DNA of 62,940 bases, filler included, from Octopus bimaculoides (GCF_001194135.2; 6 parts of 6 records of this genome joined end to end with filler, not necessarily neighbours in it); one strand, 5' to 3'. Positions 1-14,143 are shown, numbered from the whole stretch's first letter. The notes: a model not told the origin generated them from the letters alone. Made by a program: numbers and translations.

Positions 1-180
1 ATATATATATATATATAATACAAAGGTTATATAAGCATGTATACACACATATATGTACATACCTACATCTACATGTGTATATACATGCATATTCGGGTGC
101 AGACAACGGAACGAACACATAGGAAAACAAATAGCCACTTGTGGAATTATTCCTTCATCAGCTGCCTCTCTCTCTCTCTC

Positions 181-243
<63 letters not shown>

Positions 244-250
244 GTAGGAA

Positions 251-393
251 GGGCTTCTTTCAGTTTCCGTCTATCAAATTCACTCACAAGGTTTTGGTCA
301 CCCCGAGACTATAGTAGAAGACACTTGCCGACGGTGCCACACAGTGGGACTGAACCCAAAACTATGTGTTTGGAAAGCAAGCTTGCTACCACA
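251..393 (-). mobile_element. tRNA-derived SINE family A, 5' half
   Basis: Homologous to 33327-33477, with a tRNA-like head and B-box GGGTTCAGTCCC. Confidence 0.8.
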
Positions 394-418
394 AAAATAT
401 CTAATGTGTTTATTTAAT

Positions 419-578
419 AAACACAATATATATTTCTATGAACTACTCTTAGTTTCGTGCGATGAAAACAGCTCAAGCTGAGGATTTCGTGAAGGCCCCA
501 ATTGCGTTATAAAATGCCGTCTGAGCTGTTTTCATCGCATGAAACTAATATTAGCTCCTATAAATATATATTGCGTTT
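419..578. repeat. Inverted repeat, 57-bp arms with a 46-bp spacer (MITE-like)
   Basis: 419-475 is the reverse complement of 522-578. The inner 26 bp have one mismatch and the outer part a few more. Confidence 0.85.
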
Positions 579-630
579 GCTTTTTAAACAGATGGAGTAT
601 TTTTGTTGATCTTATCATCACGGAACACAT

Positions 631-664
<34 letters not shown>

Positions 665-809
665 GTGCACGTATCCTGAGTTTAAATTTGACCAAGGTCA
701 GCTTTTGTTTATTTATCCATCTGGAGTTGATAAACTGAAGTACCGCCGATATACTAAGGCCGACGATATCGGCTTATCCCCGCCCCTCAAAATTGACAGC
801 CGTGTGCCT

Positions 810-856
<47 letters not shown>

Positions 857-1315
857 TATCATTGTTATTATTATTATCATAATGATGACAATAATGCTCT
901 CTACTATAGGCAGAAGTCCTGAAATTCAGATGGATGACATGCAAAGTCGAGCTTGGTGGAATTTGAACTCAGAACTCAAAGATGAGACAAGGAACACCAC
1001 AAGGCACTTCTTCCGATACTCCAATGTTCCTGCCAACCGTTATAGCCAGCACCACCAACAACAACAGCAAGAACACCAACAACTTCTACGATGTTCAACC
1101 AACTACAACTCGTACGATTTTTCCGGCGAACTTCGTTGTTTTGCGTGCGGATATTTTCTAATTAACTGATCAAATTAAATGATTAATTAAAAGCAACTAA
1201 TGAAAATTTGTTCAACATGAAAGGTAGAATAGATTTCCGAGCAGTCGATTACAGACTATTATTAACTTGTGACTCAGTTTTTGATTGCCACACCCACCCA
1301 ATCACCCTCCCACAA

Positions 1316-1367
<52 letters not shown>

Positions 1368-1716
1368 ACAAATACATACACACATATATGTGGATATATG
1401 AAAGTATATATATATATATATACATATATANNNNNNNNNNNNNNNNNNNNNNNNNNNNNNNNNNNNNNNNNNNNNNNNNNNNNNNNNNNNNNNNNNNNNN
1501 NNNNNNNNNNNNNNNNNNNNNNNNNNNNNNNNNNNNNNNNNNNNNNNNNNNNNNNNNNNNNNNNNNNNNNNNNNNNNNNNNNNNNNNNNNNNNNNNNNNN
1601 NNNNNNNNNNNNNNNNNNNNNNNNNNNNNNNNNNNNNNNNNNNNNNNNNNNNNNNNNNNNNNNNNNNNNNNNNNNNNNNNNNNNNNNNNNNNNNNNNNNN
1701 NNNNNNNNNNNNNNNN

Positions 1717-1771
<55 letters not shown>

Positions 1772-1839
1772 TACATACGTATATATATGTATGTATGTGT
1801 ATGTGTATTTACTAATATTTATTTGTTTGGCTATCGTCT

Positions 1840-2143
1840 ATGAAGGCTCATGGCTCAGTGGTTAGGGCATCGAGCTTACGATCGTGGGGTTGTGAATTCG
1901 ATTCCCGGACCGGGAATCGAATTCACAGTTAACTCAGCTGTAGAAATGAGTTGAGACGTCACTGGTGCCAAGCTGTATCGGACCCTTTGCCTTTCCCTTG
2001 GATAACACTGGTGGCGTCGAGAGGAGAGGCTGGTATGCATGGGTGACTTCTGGCCTTCCATAAACAACCTTGCCTGGACCTGTGCCTCGGAGGGTAACTT
2101 TCTAGGTGCAATCCCATGGTCATTCGTAACCGAAGGGGGTCTC
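1840..2143 (+). mobile_element. tRNA-derived SINE with D-like head, partial core and a different tail
   Basis: TGGCTCAGTGGTTAGGGC...GAATTCGATTCCCGG head and an AACTCAGCTGTAGAAATGAGT core remnant. The GC-rich tail is unique in this window and is followed by (TA)n. Confidence 0.7.
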
Positions 2144-2401
2144 ATATATATATATATATATATATAGATATATATATATATATCATTTATATGCATATAT
2201 ATGTATATATGTACATACGTAAGCGTAGAAATGTATGGATGGATGGATGGATGGATGAATGAATGGATGGATGGATGGATGGGTGGATTACGGGTGTCGT
2301 TTCTATATTGGACTATTTGTTGCATTCAGAAAAGTAGATAATGCGAGTACGGTGCACCTGATGACTGTATACAACAATTTCCATTATTTTCATCCTGCAT
2401 T

Positions 2402-2587
2402 AAGGCGGCGAGCTGGCAGAATCGTTAGCACGCCGGGCGAAATGCATAGCGGTATTTCCGCCGAGGTCGACTTTGCCTTTCATCCTTCCGAGCTCGATAA
2501 ATACCAATTGAACACTGCGGTCGATATAATCGACTCATCTCCTCCCCGCCATCCCAAATTGCTGCCCTTGTGGAAAAATTTGAAATC
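2402..2587 (+). mobile_element. tRNA-derived SINE family C (Meta/MESC-like core)
   Basis: AAGGCGGCGAGCTGGCAGAATCGTTAGC head plus a GTCGACTTTGCCTTTCATCCTT..G..TCGATAAA core; internally deleted. Confidence 0.75.
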
Positions 2588-4206
2588 ATCATTATTATCC
2601 TGCATGATGCCTTACCAAGACTATCCTTCTTACCAAGCAGGTTTGGTCAGGATGTCTGTTTGTCGCATCTTACAGTGTCAAGTTCTACATTTAATATTTA
2701 TATGAGAATATAGTGTTAAAACTATGAGTGAGAGTGTCCAAAACATTCTTACGAATGGTTCTANNNNNNNNNNNNNNNNNNNNNNNNNNNNNNNNNNNNN
2801 NNNNNNNNNNNNNNNNNNNNNNNNNNNNNNNNNNNNNNNNNNNNNNNNNNNNNNNNNNNNNNNNNNNNNNNNNNNNNNNNNNNNNNNNNNNNNNNNNNNN
2901 NNNNNNNNNNNNNNNNNNNNNNNNNNNNNNNNNNNNNNNNNNNNNNNNNNNNNNNNNNNNNNNNNNNNNNNNNNNNNNNNNNNNNNNNNNNNNNNNNNNN
3001 NNNNNNNNNNNNNNNNNNNNNNNNNNNNNNNNNNNNNNNNNNNNNNNNNNNNNNNNNNNNNNNNNNNNNNNNNNNNNNNNNNNNNNNNNNNNNNNNNNNN
3101 NNNNNNNNNNNNNNNNNNNNNNNNNNNNNNNNNNNNNNNNNNNNNNNNNNNNNNNNNNNNNNNNNNNNNNNNNNNNNNNNNNNNNNNNNNNNNNNNNNNN
3201 NNNNNNNNNNNNNNNNNNNNNNNNNNNNNNNNNNNNNNNNNNNNNNNNNNNNNNNNNNNNNNNNNNNNNNNNNNNNNNNNNNNNNNNNNNNNNNNNNNNN
3301 NNNNNNNNNNNNNNNNNNNNNNNNNNNNNNNNNNNNNNNNNNNNNNNNNNNNNNNNNNNNNNNNNNNNNNNNNNNNNNNNNNNNNNNNNNNNNNNNNNNN
3401 NNNNNNNNNNNNNNNNNNNNNNNNNNNNNNNNNNNNNNNNNNNNNNNNNNNNNNNNNNNNNNNNNNNNNNNNNNNNNNNNNNNNNNNNNNNNNNNNNNNN
3501 NNNNNNNNNNNNNNNNNNNNNNNNNNNNNNNNNNNNNNNNNNNNNNNNNNNNNNNNNNNNNNNNNNNNNNNNNNNNNNNNNNNNNNNNNNNNNNNNNNNN
3601 NNNNNNNNNNNNNNNATATGTATGTACAGTTTGCTGACAGAATTAGCAACAAAAAAAAGACCATTGAATTCAGTGAGCGTTAAGTATCATTTAATGAATA
3701 GACCAATTGTGCGTGAGCTAATTCAAGTTTCATGTTCACATTGTTCATTAATCGGATGGGCTCGTTCAGCGTATCAACAAGCCTTCTGTTTCAAATAACG
3801 GATTTCCTCTCAAAACTTTTCGTAACGTTTTCTCTTGCCTCGTTTTTTTGTTTTTTGTTTTTTGTTTTTTGTTTTTTCATATTTTTTTCTCGTTTTTTTT
3901 TTTTCTTGCGTTTTCTCACGAAATAGCCCTGATCTTTGAGTCTGAAGAATTGGTGGATTGTGCACGCTAGCTATACAAACTCAGCCTATTTTTACACTGT
4001 CCACACATGAAACTTGAAGTACCTCGCGTTTAACTCCTGTATTTATTAACTTGTAAATATGAATCTTTGTTGTGTTTGTGTAATGGATACACACACACAT
4101 ACACACATACATGCGCAAATACGAACATACATAAATGCACACATATATATAAACATACGTACATATATATTTGTGTATATGTGTGTATGTGAACGAGTAC
4201 ATATGC

Positions 4207-4410
4207 ATGCTTCCTAACCACATGGTTCCGGGTTCAGTCCCATTGCATGGCACCTTAGGTAAATATCTCCTACTATAGCCTCGGACCGACCAAAGCCTTG
4301 CAAGTGGATTTGGTAGATGGAAACAATAGAGGACCGTCGTAATATGTGTGTGTGTGTGTGTCATTGTATCTGCGTTTGTCTCCCACCATCGCTGGACAGC
4401 TGCTATTGTG
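4207..4410 (+). mobile_element. SINE family A copy
   Basis: Contains CCAACCACATGGTTCCGGGTTCAGTCCC-type head sequence, the GGCCGACCAAAGCCTTG body and an internal (TG)n. Confidence 0.8.
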
Positions 4411-5563
4411 TGTATGTGTGTGTATGTGTGTGTATGATTGTGTGTGTGTGTTTGTGTGTGTCAGTTATTTATAAAAAAACAGGTTAACATTAAACTAAAG
4501 AATTATTAAATGCTTTTACCGGAGTGCTTGTTTATTGAACTTTTACAAGAGGTGTGACAGTGACATCGAAGTGACATTGCTTGAAAAGATATTTGCATTC
4601 CCTATTCAATTCGAAACAACAAAAATAAACCAATCAGAATATTCAAGCGATATCTATTCCAGCAAATTACTATTTTTAAATCTCACAACGTGAGATATTC
4701 AGCAACAGTACTTTGGAGTAAAGATTGTTTGCCAACATAACATGGCAGTCCTGGTTTAGGACTAATGTTGCTGTAATTTAGCCCAAGGAGACATCGTCTC
4801 CAGCTGGCTATACAACACGATCTGTGTCCTTATATTTTCGAACNNNNNNNNNNCGACACACACACACACACACACTCTATTCCAGCATTTGACCAAACCA
4901 GTACTGAACAGACAAAATAAACTGGAGTCATTTCATGCTTCTCCTTATTTAAGCACAAACGGCAATTCATGAAATACTCGCTCTTAATCTCTTAATGTTT
5001 CGGTATTCAATCGTCAATCTTTTCAGCTTTGTGACTGTCGAGCAAAATCCTACAAAGTTTATTCAATTTGTTGCCATCCATACGTACATAGATACGGAAG
5101 TATTTTATTATATTAGATAATATAAACACATCATAGAATACAATGCCAAGCAATAAATCGTAATTTTCGTTTTCTTTTCGGGAAAGTTTTATTCAGTTCA
5201 GTCATAATTTTATGTATGTCTGTATATGTATTCACGCCTGGTTTCGAAACAGTATCCGCCTACCAAATTCACTAAAAAAAAAAACAAAAAAAAAACATTG
5301 GTTGACCCCGAGGATATAGTGGAAGACACTCAACGTGTCTATACATACACTTATGATATATATTTNNNNNNNNNNNNNNNNNNNNNNNNNNNNNNNNNNN
5401 NNNNNNNNNNNNNNNNNNNNNNNNNNNNNNNNNNNNNNNNNNNNNNNNNNNNNNNNNNNNNNNNNNNNNNNNNNNNNNNNNNNNNNNNNNNNNNNNNNNN
5501 NNNNNNNNNNNNNNNNNNNNNNNNNNNNNNNNNNNNNNNTATATATATATATATATATATATA

Positions 5564-5729
5564 TTCTTTTACTTGTTTCAGTTTCCGTCTACCGAATCCA
5601 CTCAAAAGGCTTTGTTCGGCCCGAGGCTATAGTAGAAGACACTTCCCCTGGGTGCCACACAGTGGAACTGAACCCAAAACCTTGTGGTTGGGAAGCAAGC
5701 TTCTTACCACACAGTTACGCATGCGCCTA
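5564..5729 (-). mobile_element. SINE family A, short variant (head/body fused to 3' tail); another partial copy at ~5250-5338
   Basis: The body runs directly into the tail ACTGAAACAAGTAAAAGAA, skipping the middle seen in 43764-44056. Confidence 0.8.
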
Positions 5730-5983
5730 TACATACATACATACAAACATACATACATACACACACATGTATACATATATATATATACATACATATATAT
5801 ACACACACATATATATATATATATATGCATCTATCTATATATACACACATATATATATATACATATGGATATGTGTATGTGTGTATGTGTGTGTGTTTAT
5901 ATATACATATATAAGTAAATATGCATATATGTATATGCAAATATATTATATATATATATGTATGTGTGTATATATATATACAT

Positions 5984-6034
<51 letters not shown>

Positions 6035-6501
6035 GTATATATGTATGTATACACACACACAGACACAGATGCACGCGCTCCTCCAAAGAGGCATGTGTTG
6101 TACGCTAGATTAGAACCCCGGGGTGTTATATGAGGTTTGCAAAACGCAAAATTCTCAACGCTCAATTAAATCTAAACCTCACCTGACGTTAAATAGTAAC
6201 CCAAACACATGAATTGGCTTTCTGCCTAGTCAACAAAATACCCGTATCTATGTGTAATGCATTTTACAGGATTGAGAAATAATTGTTTGCATCAATTTTA
6301 GGTTATTTTGTTGGTTTAATATACGTGATATCTTTTAAATACCAACATTTAAATAATCGGAATGTAACCCAATATTGAAACTAGTGCAGTGCCGTCATAT
6401 ATTCTTATATTAACATATTGCATGTGTGCCTCTGTACACATGAATACACACACACACATACACACTCACACACACACACACATACACACACACATACACA
6501 C

Positions 6502-6625
<124 letters not shown>

Positions 6626-6664
6626 GGTAGATAGATAGATGGATATGTATGAATATGCATGTGC

Positions 6665-6703
<39 letters not shown>

Positions 6704-6992
6704 AAAGCATGCTTATACATACACGCGCGTGCACACACACACACACTATAAAAATATTCAAGCACAAGTTGTTCAGTGAGGTATCATCACCAACACTATC
6801 ATACTTCCAGACACACTAATGAACCCAAGGCAGATATGTGGCCCTTCAGGCCCTTTACCTGCTCATCAAAGAAAAGCTAACTCCATTCAAATCCTGTACC
6901 CTAATAACTACTGGACTTGTGACACGTTGCATCAGACCAATAATGTCTGAAGGACAAGATTGTTGGATTGTCTCAGCACAAACCATACCCGC

Positions 6993-7046
<54 letters not shown>

Positions 7047-7049
<3 letters not shown>

Positions 7050-7720
7050 CAAGAAACAATAAATCATATTATCTCTGGCTGCCCAGTCCTGGCTAAGAAG
7101 GAATATATTCACAGACACGACAGAGCTGGGACCTATATACACTGGAAGCTATGCCAACATTATGGAATAGCAACAGAAAAAAGATGGTATAAACNNNNNN
7201 NNNNNNNNNNNNNNNNNNNNNNNNNNNNNNNNNNNNNNNNNNNNNNNNNNNNNNNNNNNNNNNNNNNNNNNNNNNNNNNNNNNNNNNNNNNNNNNNNNNN
7301 NNNNNNNNNNNNNNNNNNNNNNNNNNNNNNNNNNNNNNNNNNNNNNNNNNNNNNNNNNNNNNNNNNNNNNNNNNNNNNNNNNNNNNNNNNNNNNNNNNNN
7401 NNNNNNNNNNNNNNNNNNNNNNNNNNNNNNNNNNNNNNNNNNNNNNNNNNNNNNNNNNNNNNAAACAGAAACAATTCCTATCATAGTAGGTACCTTAGGT
7501 ATAATAAAAAAATATTCAGACAAATACATAACAAAAACACCAGGACTTACAAATATATATAACATACAGAAAATTGCACTACTGGGTACTGCACACATTC
7601 TACGCAAAACACTTTCAATACAGTAAACATAAGAGCACCACAGCAAACCACAGCACATACCCAAGGCGCACAGAGCTGCGCTCGGTAGTGAAGTGAAAGC
7701 ACGTTATAAAAATAAAACTA

Positions 7721-7724
<4 letters not shown>
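7047..7724 (+). mobile_element. R4/Dong-clade non-LTR retrotransposon, 5'-truncated 3' end
   Basis: ETINHIISGCPVLAKKEYIHRHDRAG (end of the CCHC knuckle plus RHD) precedes the gap. TETIPIIVGTLGII...IQKIALLGTAHILRKTLSIQ* follows it, with the stop at 7624-7626 and then a 3'UTR. (TAA)n lies on both sides. Confidence 0.88.
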
Positions 7725-7774
<50 letters not shown>

Positions 7775-7778
<4 letters not shown>

Positions 7779-7915
7779 GTAAACGTGGGTCTTATGGTTG
7801 TAAAGATCAGCTACTCATTAATAAGATGATCATGGAAGATTGTCACAAACGACACAAAAACTTGTCTATGGCCTGGGTAGACTATAAAAAAGCTTTTGAT
7901 AGTCTATCACATAAT
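7775..7915 (+). mobile_element. R4/Dong RT-domain fragment
   Basis: [46 protein letters not shown] matches the R4/Dong RT motif region (GCKDQLL...[11 protein letters not shown]). Confidence 0.85.
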
Positions 7916-8035
7916 TCCTCAAGCAGAACCACAGGAAATTCACCCCAACTGCGAATGACATCAGGTAGCCCAAACTGTGCGAGTGCTTTACTCGACACAT
8001 CTGCACACTAAACGACGTCTACCCATTAGTCCAAA

Positions 8036-8086
<51 letters not shown>

Positions 8087-8439
8087 ACATATATAGTGGA
8101 GGGGGCGGAAAGAGAAAGACAGACAGACATTCAGACAGACAGACTGAGTGGGATAAAAGAAGGTAATGATAATAGGAAGGTAATGAAAAATAACAAACAT
8201 AAGCCTATATAGGCAGAGTGGTAAGGCCTGTTTAGTTGGTAGCGTATGGGTGTTAGCCACCGACAGGAAACCAAGGCGAGTTACCGGAAAGCAAACTGCA
8301 CGTTATATGTCTACAGCAACGTTAAAATGTCACACAAAGCTCTTTTGAATGTACTTCTGATAATTTTGCCTTTTGTGCGTACGGACAGATATATATATGT
8401 GTGTGTGCGTGTGCGTGTGTGTGCGTGTGTGTGTGCGTG

Positions 8440-8487
<48 letters not shown>

Positions 8488-8612
8488 TATATATATACAC
8501 ACATACACACATATATATACACATATACACGTATATAAATCTTTATGCATATCTGTATATATATGTACGTACATACATATATGTATATACATACCTACAG
8601 ATATATATATAT

Positions 8613-8645
<33 letters not shown>

Positions 8646-8887
8646 CATACACATATATACACACACACACACACATATATATATATAAATGTTATGTATA
8701 TCTGTATATATATGTATGTACATACGTATATGTATATACACACACATATATATATGTCTGTAAGTATATACACACATATGAATAAACACACTCATATTAA
8801 CATACGTGTATACAGGTATATATATATAGATATGTGTGTGTGTGTGTGTATATATATATACATACATATATATACATATTTATATAC

Positions 8888-8944
<57 letters not shown>

Positions 8945-9914
8945 TATAGGTATATGTACGACTACATATGTATGCATATGTGTGCATATTTATCAATGAA
9001 TATGTATATATAACCATAGATATTAACTCAACTTCAAATAACACGAATAGGTTGTTTAGTATATATCATTATTGACCTGGAAACCTTTTGCCCGTTTCCT
9101 CACTACACACACGCACATAAACACAGATACACGTATATGCATATGGATGTATATGTGTGTGTCTATATGCACCTAGCTTTGGGCCTTCATCTACTCACGG
9201 AGTCACAGAGGCGCCATCGTGGTATACGGCAGATCCGGAGCATTATTCTTAGACGATTTGCGTAACGCATCCTTTTTCCAGAACTGAAAATGATATGTTT
9301 TCTTCGACAACAAGCGGAAGAAACTAAGACTGAGTTACAGAAAGAAAAAGATCTTTGTTTCCAGACTGGTTCTCTATTGATTAGGGAAGGACGAAAGATA
9401 AAGTTGTTTGTGAGGGGTACTGGTTGTTTGCCGCGCCGCGGTTGAATTGGTGAATTGGGTTGGTGCATTTTGTCCATCGCTTATGCTCCGAGTTAAAATT
9501 CCGCCAAGGTCGACTTTGCCTTTCATCCTTTCGGGGTCGATAGATTAAGTACCAATCAAGTACTGGGGTCGATGTGGTCGACAATCCCCCTCCCTACAAA
9601 TTCTAGACTTTATGCCGATAAGAGAAAGGATTATTAAGTTGCCAATATCTGTTGGTTGACAGTGCTAAGTCAGAAATGAAGAAAACACTTTGTAAGCGTT
9701 TCCAACAAAACAATGGGAGAACAGAAAAAAAAAATTGGGGAACAAATTAACAAACCATGTTTAATATTTGAATGGAAAAAGGCGACGAGATGGCAGAATC
9801 GTTAGCAAAATAGGTAAAATGCTTAGCGGCATTTCGACCATCTTTACATCACTTCTAAGTTCAAATTCCGGCAACGTCGACTTTGCCTTTTATTCTACCA
9901 GGTTAGTATAACAA

Positions 9915-10160
9915 TCTATGTTAAAGTTTGATGCCGGTCCCTCTCGGCTCCTCCATATGAAAAACATTGTATATCTCTCCCGCCTTTGCTCCAGGGAACA
10001 GAGTCGAAATGCTTTCAGTATCTCCCAGTAGCTCAACTGTTTTATTGATGCAGTCTTGTTGGAATGCTTCGAGATCCGCTATCAAATTGACACAGTGCGG
10101 CGACCAAAGTCGAGAGCTGTAGCCTAGAATGGCTGAGAACAAAATGTCCTCCACAGAACA
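9915..10160 (-). mobile_element. Degenerate CR1/L2-type LINE ORF2 C-terminal fragment
   Basis: LGYSSRLWSPHCVNLIADLEAFQ resembles CR1 LDYCSQLWSP...I..LE.IQ. The downstream sequence is frameshifted. Confidence 0.7.
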
Positions 10161-11440
10161 TATATTTTCTAACTGATGTTCATCTAACTCAATGCTAGAA
10201 ATAATTAGATTAATTTCTTGGAAAAGAGTTTAATTACGAACCACTATGTAGAATATCTTGAATGAATACCATTTAATTTTCGCTCGAATATCAGAGCATT
10301 ATTTTATATTTTTTCAAAATATACAAGGAATTCGGCGCTACTTGAAATATATCAAATAACATAAACGCTACTTTAAACAGCATAAATATTCACTGAGTGA
10401 TCTAAAGTATAGAGTAAACGTATTTTAAACACCCGGAAAGAGAAAGGAAATTTCTGAAGAGCTATTAGCGCAGCTTATGTTTCATGGCATTAAGAGGTGG
10501 AGAGATAAATTTCCCTCCCTAGGTATGAGATGGTACCCCAGATCTTCAAGGTAACATTCCAAGGTGTTTTAGTAACTGCTTACGAATTAGCAGAGTCGTG
10601 AAGTGCCGGATCAAATGAATTACGGTATTTGTGATGTGTGTGTATGTGTGTGTGTGTGTGTAATGATTTCACTTAAGCCTAGCGATATTACCAGATAAAA
10701 TTCAGTATACTTAATAACTTTAGAAGAAAACACAATATGTATTAATGACTATTTAAATGGCTCCGAAGAAGCTATATGCTGTCGCTCGAGCACCTCCCAC
10801 TGAGTACAATGCTTCTTACAGCAGAAACAGCTGTGAGCTAATGAAGTTGGTTACATAACTAATGCCTGTTCTTTTGTCATTGGTTAGTATACACACGCAC
10901 ATCGACACACCTTCACACATACATGTATGTACGTACGTATTATATATATNNNNNNNNNNNNNNNNNNNNNNNNNNNNNNNNNNNNNNNNNNNNNNNNNNN
11001 NNNNNNNNNNNNNNNNNNNNNNNNNNNNNNNNNNNNNNNNNNNNNNNNNNNNNNNNNNNNNNNNNNNNNNNNNNNNNNNNNNNNNNNNNNNGTATGTATG
11101 TTCTCTTCTGTTTTCTTTCACTTTTAAAATTCTTCCTCTGTATGTATGTATGTATGTATGTATGTATGTATGTATGTATGTATGCATGTATGTATGTATG
11201 CATGTATGTATGTATGCATGTATGTATGTATGCATGTATGTATGTATGTACGTATGTATGTATGTATGTATGTATGTATGTATGTATGTATGCGCGCACG
11301 TGTGTATGTATGTATACTGAAGGCTTTTGTTAAACCGACAAAGACATAGAAAAGCGCTGTACAACGTTTAATGCATTTCACATGGATTTGAAGAGCTCAA
11401 AAATCATGTCCATTGTACCACGACCTGATCTAAAAACCAT

Positions 11441-11656
11441 ATTCTTTTCTACTCTAGGCACAAGGTCCGAAATTGTTGGGGACGGGGCCAGTCGATTAGA
11501 TCGACCCCAGTACGCAACTGGTGCTTAATTTATCGACCCCGAAAGGATGAAAGGCAAAGTCGACCTCGGTGGAATTTGAACTCAGAACGTAAAGACAGAC
11601 GAAATACCGCTAAGCATTTCGCCCAGCGTGCTAACGTTTCTGCCTGCTCGCTGCCT
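11441..11656 (-). mobile_element. SINE family C, full-length copy
   Basis: Head, B-box GAGTTCAAATTCC, core GCCTTTCATCCTTTCGGGGTCGATAAATTAAG and tail. Further copies lie at 679-800(+), 945-980(-), 9470-9635(+), 9779-9910(+), 12043-12232(-), 17993-18205(+) and 48595-48690(+). Confidence 0.85.
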
Positions 11657-12257
11657 TTATCTAAAAGCCATATTGACTTTCTGGGATAACAGTTGGGTGT
11701 ATCCACTTGGTTTGCCAATTAAGTAAAGGTTCACAAAACCCTTGCAAACCGGTTCAGGCAGGTTTTTTCCCTTGTAATTTCCACATAGATTTGGATGTCT
11801 TTCTTTTGAAAAATGAAATTAAAACAGCATCATCCAAGTCTTGGCGGACAGGAGCACCTGACCAGACAGCTGTTATTGGATGATGGAAGGCGTGTGGCGC
11901 TGTGGTTAGTGTATTCGGCTCACGATCATAAAATTGTGAGTTCGATTTCTGGCGGTGCGTTGTGTCCTCGAGGAAGACATCTTATTTCACGTTGCTCCAG
12001 TCCACTGAGCCGGCAAAACTGAGTTGTAATTGTAATTCAAAGGCCAGCAATTTGTGGGAGGGGCAAGTGGATTACATTAACCCCAGTGCTCAGCTGGTAT
12101 TTACTTTATCAAACCCTAAAAGAATGAAGTGCAAACTCGACCTCGGTGGAATTTGAACTCAGGACCTAACGACTGGCAAAATGCTGCTAAGCATTTTTCC
12201 CGGTACGGTAACGACTCTGGCTGCTCGCCAACTTGAATTTGAGCTACATTTTTGCCG

Positions 12258-12800
12258 TCACAACAAGTCCTTAGAAAGATTCCATGAAGCTTACCTTAAG
12301 AGGATTTTTAACATGTAGTGGCAGTCCCTAAACATGGTCGTTTCTCAATGATTCAATACATCCAGTATTTTGAAGCTCCACAAATGCAATCAGATGTGTT
12401 TTGCTGAGCATCTTACTAAATTACAGGATGTCACGTTATCTAAGCAGTTGTTTTACAGGAAGTTGCAGTGTGTTAGACGTCTGAGACATAAGCGTGAGAA
12501 ACGTTTTAGAGCTGTCATCAAAAACAACTTTAAGGTTCTTAGCGAACACATTGAAGACTGGGAACAGATGGCAGAAAATCGATCAATTCGTAAAAATGTG
12601 ATCTATCTCGATTTGAAACGTCTAAAATCGAACGCTCAGTCTTGCGGCAAGCATTTCGTAAACAAGACTCGACTTCATTCCCAGATACATTTCTGACCGA
12701 AAATGTTTGTAATTTTTTGGCATCTGTTTGTCCAAAGCTGGAATTGCTGATCATACGAGATCCCGTGACGAAATTCACGAATTGAAGAGACAGATTTCTG
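12258..12800 (+). mobile_element. Degenerate RTE (BovB-like) LINE ORF2 C-terminus
   Basis: KSLERFH..., FAEHLTKLQDVTLSKQLFYRKL...KRFRAVIKNNFK...IEDWEQMAENRS and a terminal SKAGIADHTR zinc-finger remnant resemble RTE R.PKQLFYGEL...KRFKD.LK...WE.LA.DR and S.IGL.SH.R. Confidence 0.75.
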
Positions 12801-12818
12801 TAAAGAAACAACAATCAC

Positions 12819-12893
<75 letters not shown>

Positions 12894-14043
12894 NNNNNNN
12901 NNNNNNNNNNNNNNNNNNNNNNNNNNNNNNNNNNNNNNNNNNNNNNNNNNNNNNNNNNNNNNNNNNNNNNNNNNNNNNNNNNNNNNNNNNNNNNNNNNNN
13001 NNNNNNNNNNNNNNNNNNNNNNNNNNNNNNNNNNNNNNNNNNNNNNNNNNNNNNNNNNNNNNNNNNNNNNNNNNNNNNNNNNNNNNNNNNNNNNNNNNNN
13101 NNNNNNNNNNNNNNNNNNNNNNNNNNNNNNNNNNNNNNNNNNNNNNNNNNNNNNNNNNNNNNNNNNNNNNNNNNNNNNNNNNNNNNNNNNNNNNNNNNNN
13201 NNNNNNNNNNNNNNNNNNNNNNNNNNNNNNNNNNNNNNNNNNNNNNNNNNNNNNNNNNNNNNNNNNNNNNNNNNNNNNNNNNNNNNNNNNNNNNNNNNNN
13301 NNNNNNNNNNNNNNNNNNNNNNNNNNNNNNNNNNNNNNNNNNNNNNNNNNNNNNNNNNNNNNNNNNNNNNNNNNNNNNNNNNNNNNNNNNNNNNNNNNNN
13401 NNNNNNNNNNNNNNNNNNNNNNNNNNNNNNNNNNNNNNNNNNNNNNNNNNNNNNNNNNNNNNNNNNNNNNNNNNNNNNNNNNNNNNNNNNNNNNNNNNNN
13501 NNNNNNNNNNNNNNNNNNNNNNNNNNNNNNNNNNNNNNNNNNNNNNNNNNNNNNNNNNNNNNNNNNNNNNNNNNNNNNNNNNNNNNNNNNNNNNNNNNNN
13601 NNNNNNNNNNNNNNNNNNNNNNNNNNNNNNNNNNNNNNNNNNNNNNNNNNNNNNNNNNNNNNNNNNNNNNNNNNNNNNNNNNNNNNNNNNNNNNNNNATA
13701 TATACGAGCTCACACACACACACACACACACAGACATTATTTCTAACACACTGTCACCGTTCCTCTCCTGATGACGCAATAAGCCTGAGCTTTGGATTGG
13801 TTGCAGTTGTCTGTAAGTTGTTTGAAAATAATGTAGATGCACTTTACGAAAGAAGTACAGTACATTCCTCCGTTTTCAATGCTAAATTCTTTTTATGTAT
13901 AACTAACTTGACATAAAATAAACACTGGCATACATATTTGCGTGTGTCTGTATCTGTGTGCATGTGTATGTACTTATCTATTTTCCTAGGTATGTATATA
14001 TGGAAGTATAGGTATGTACGATTAGTTTTTGTACGTATATATA

Positions 14044-14143
14044 NNNNNNNNNNNNNNNNNNNNNNNNNNNNNNNNNNNNNNNNNNNNTTAATTAATTAAN
14101 NNNNNNNNNNNNNNNNNNNNNNNNNNNNNNNNNNNNNNNNNNN
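14044..14143. other. Assembly join linker N44-TTAATTAATTAA-N44 (also 28649-28748, 43664-43763, 49390-49489, 57342-57441)
   Basis: Five identical 100-bp cassettes. The 12-mer gives stop codons in all six frames. Confidence 0.95.

Noticed and set aside
14088-14099. TTAATTAATTAA islands recurring five times (PacI-like palindrome)
   Set aside because: Always centred in an exact N44-12-N44 cassette with stops in six frames. This is an assembler linker, not biology, and contiguity across these joins is not guaranteed.
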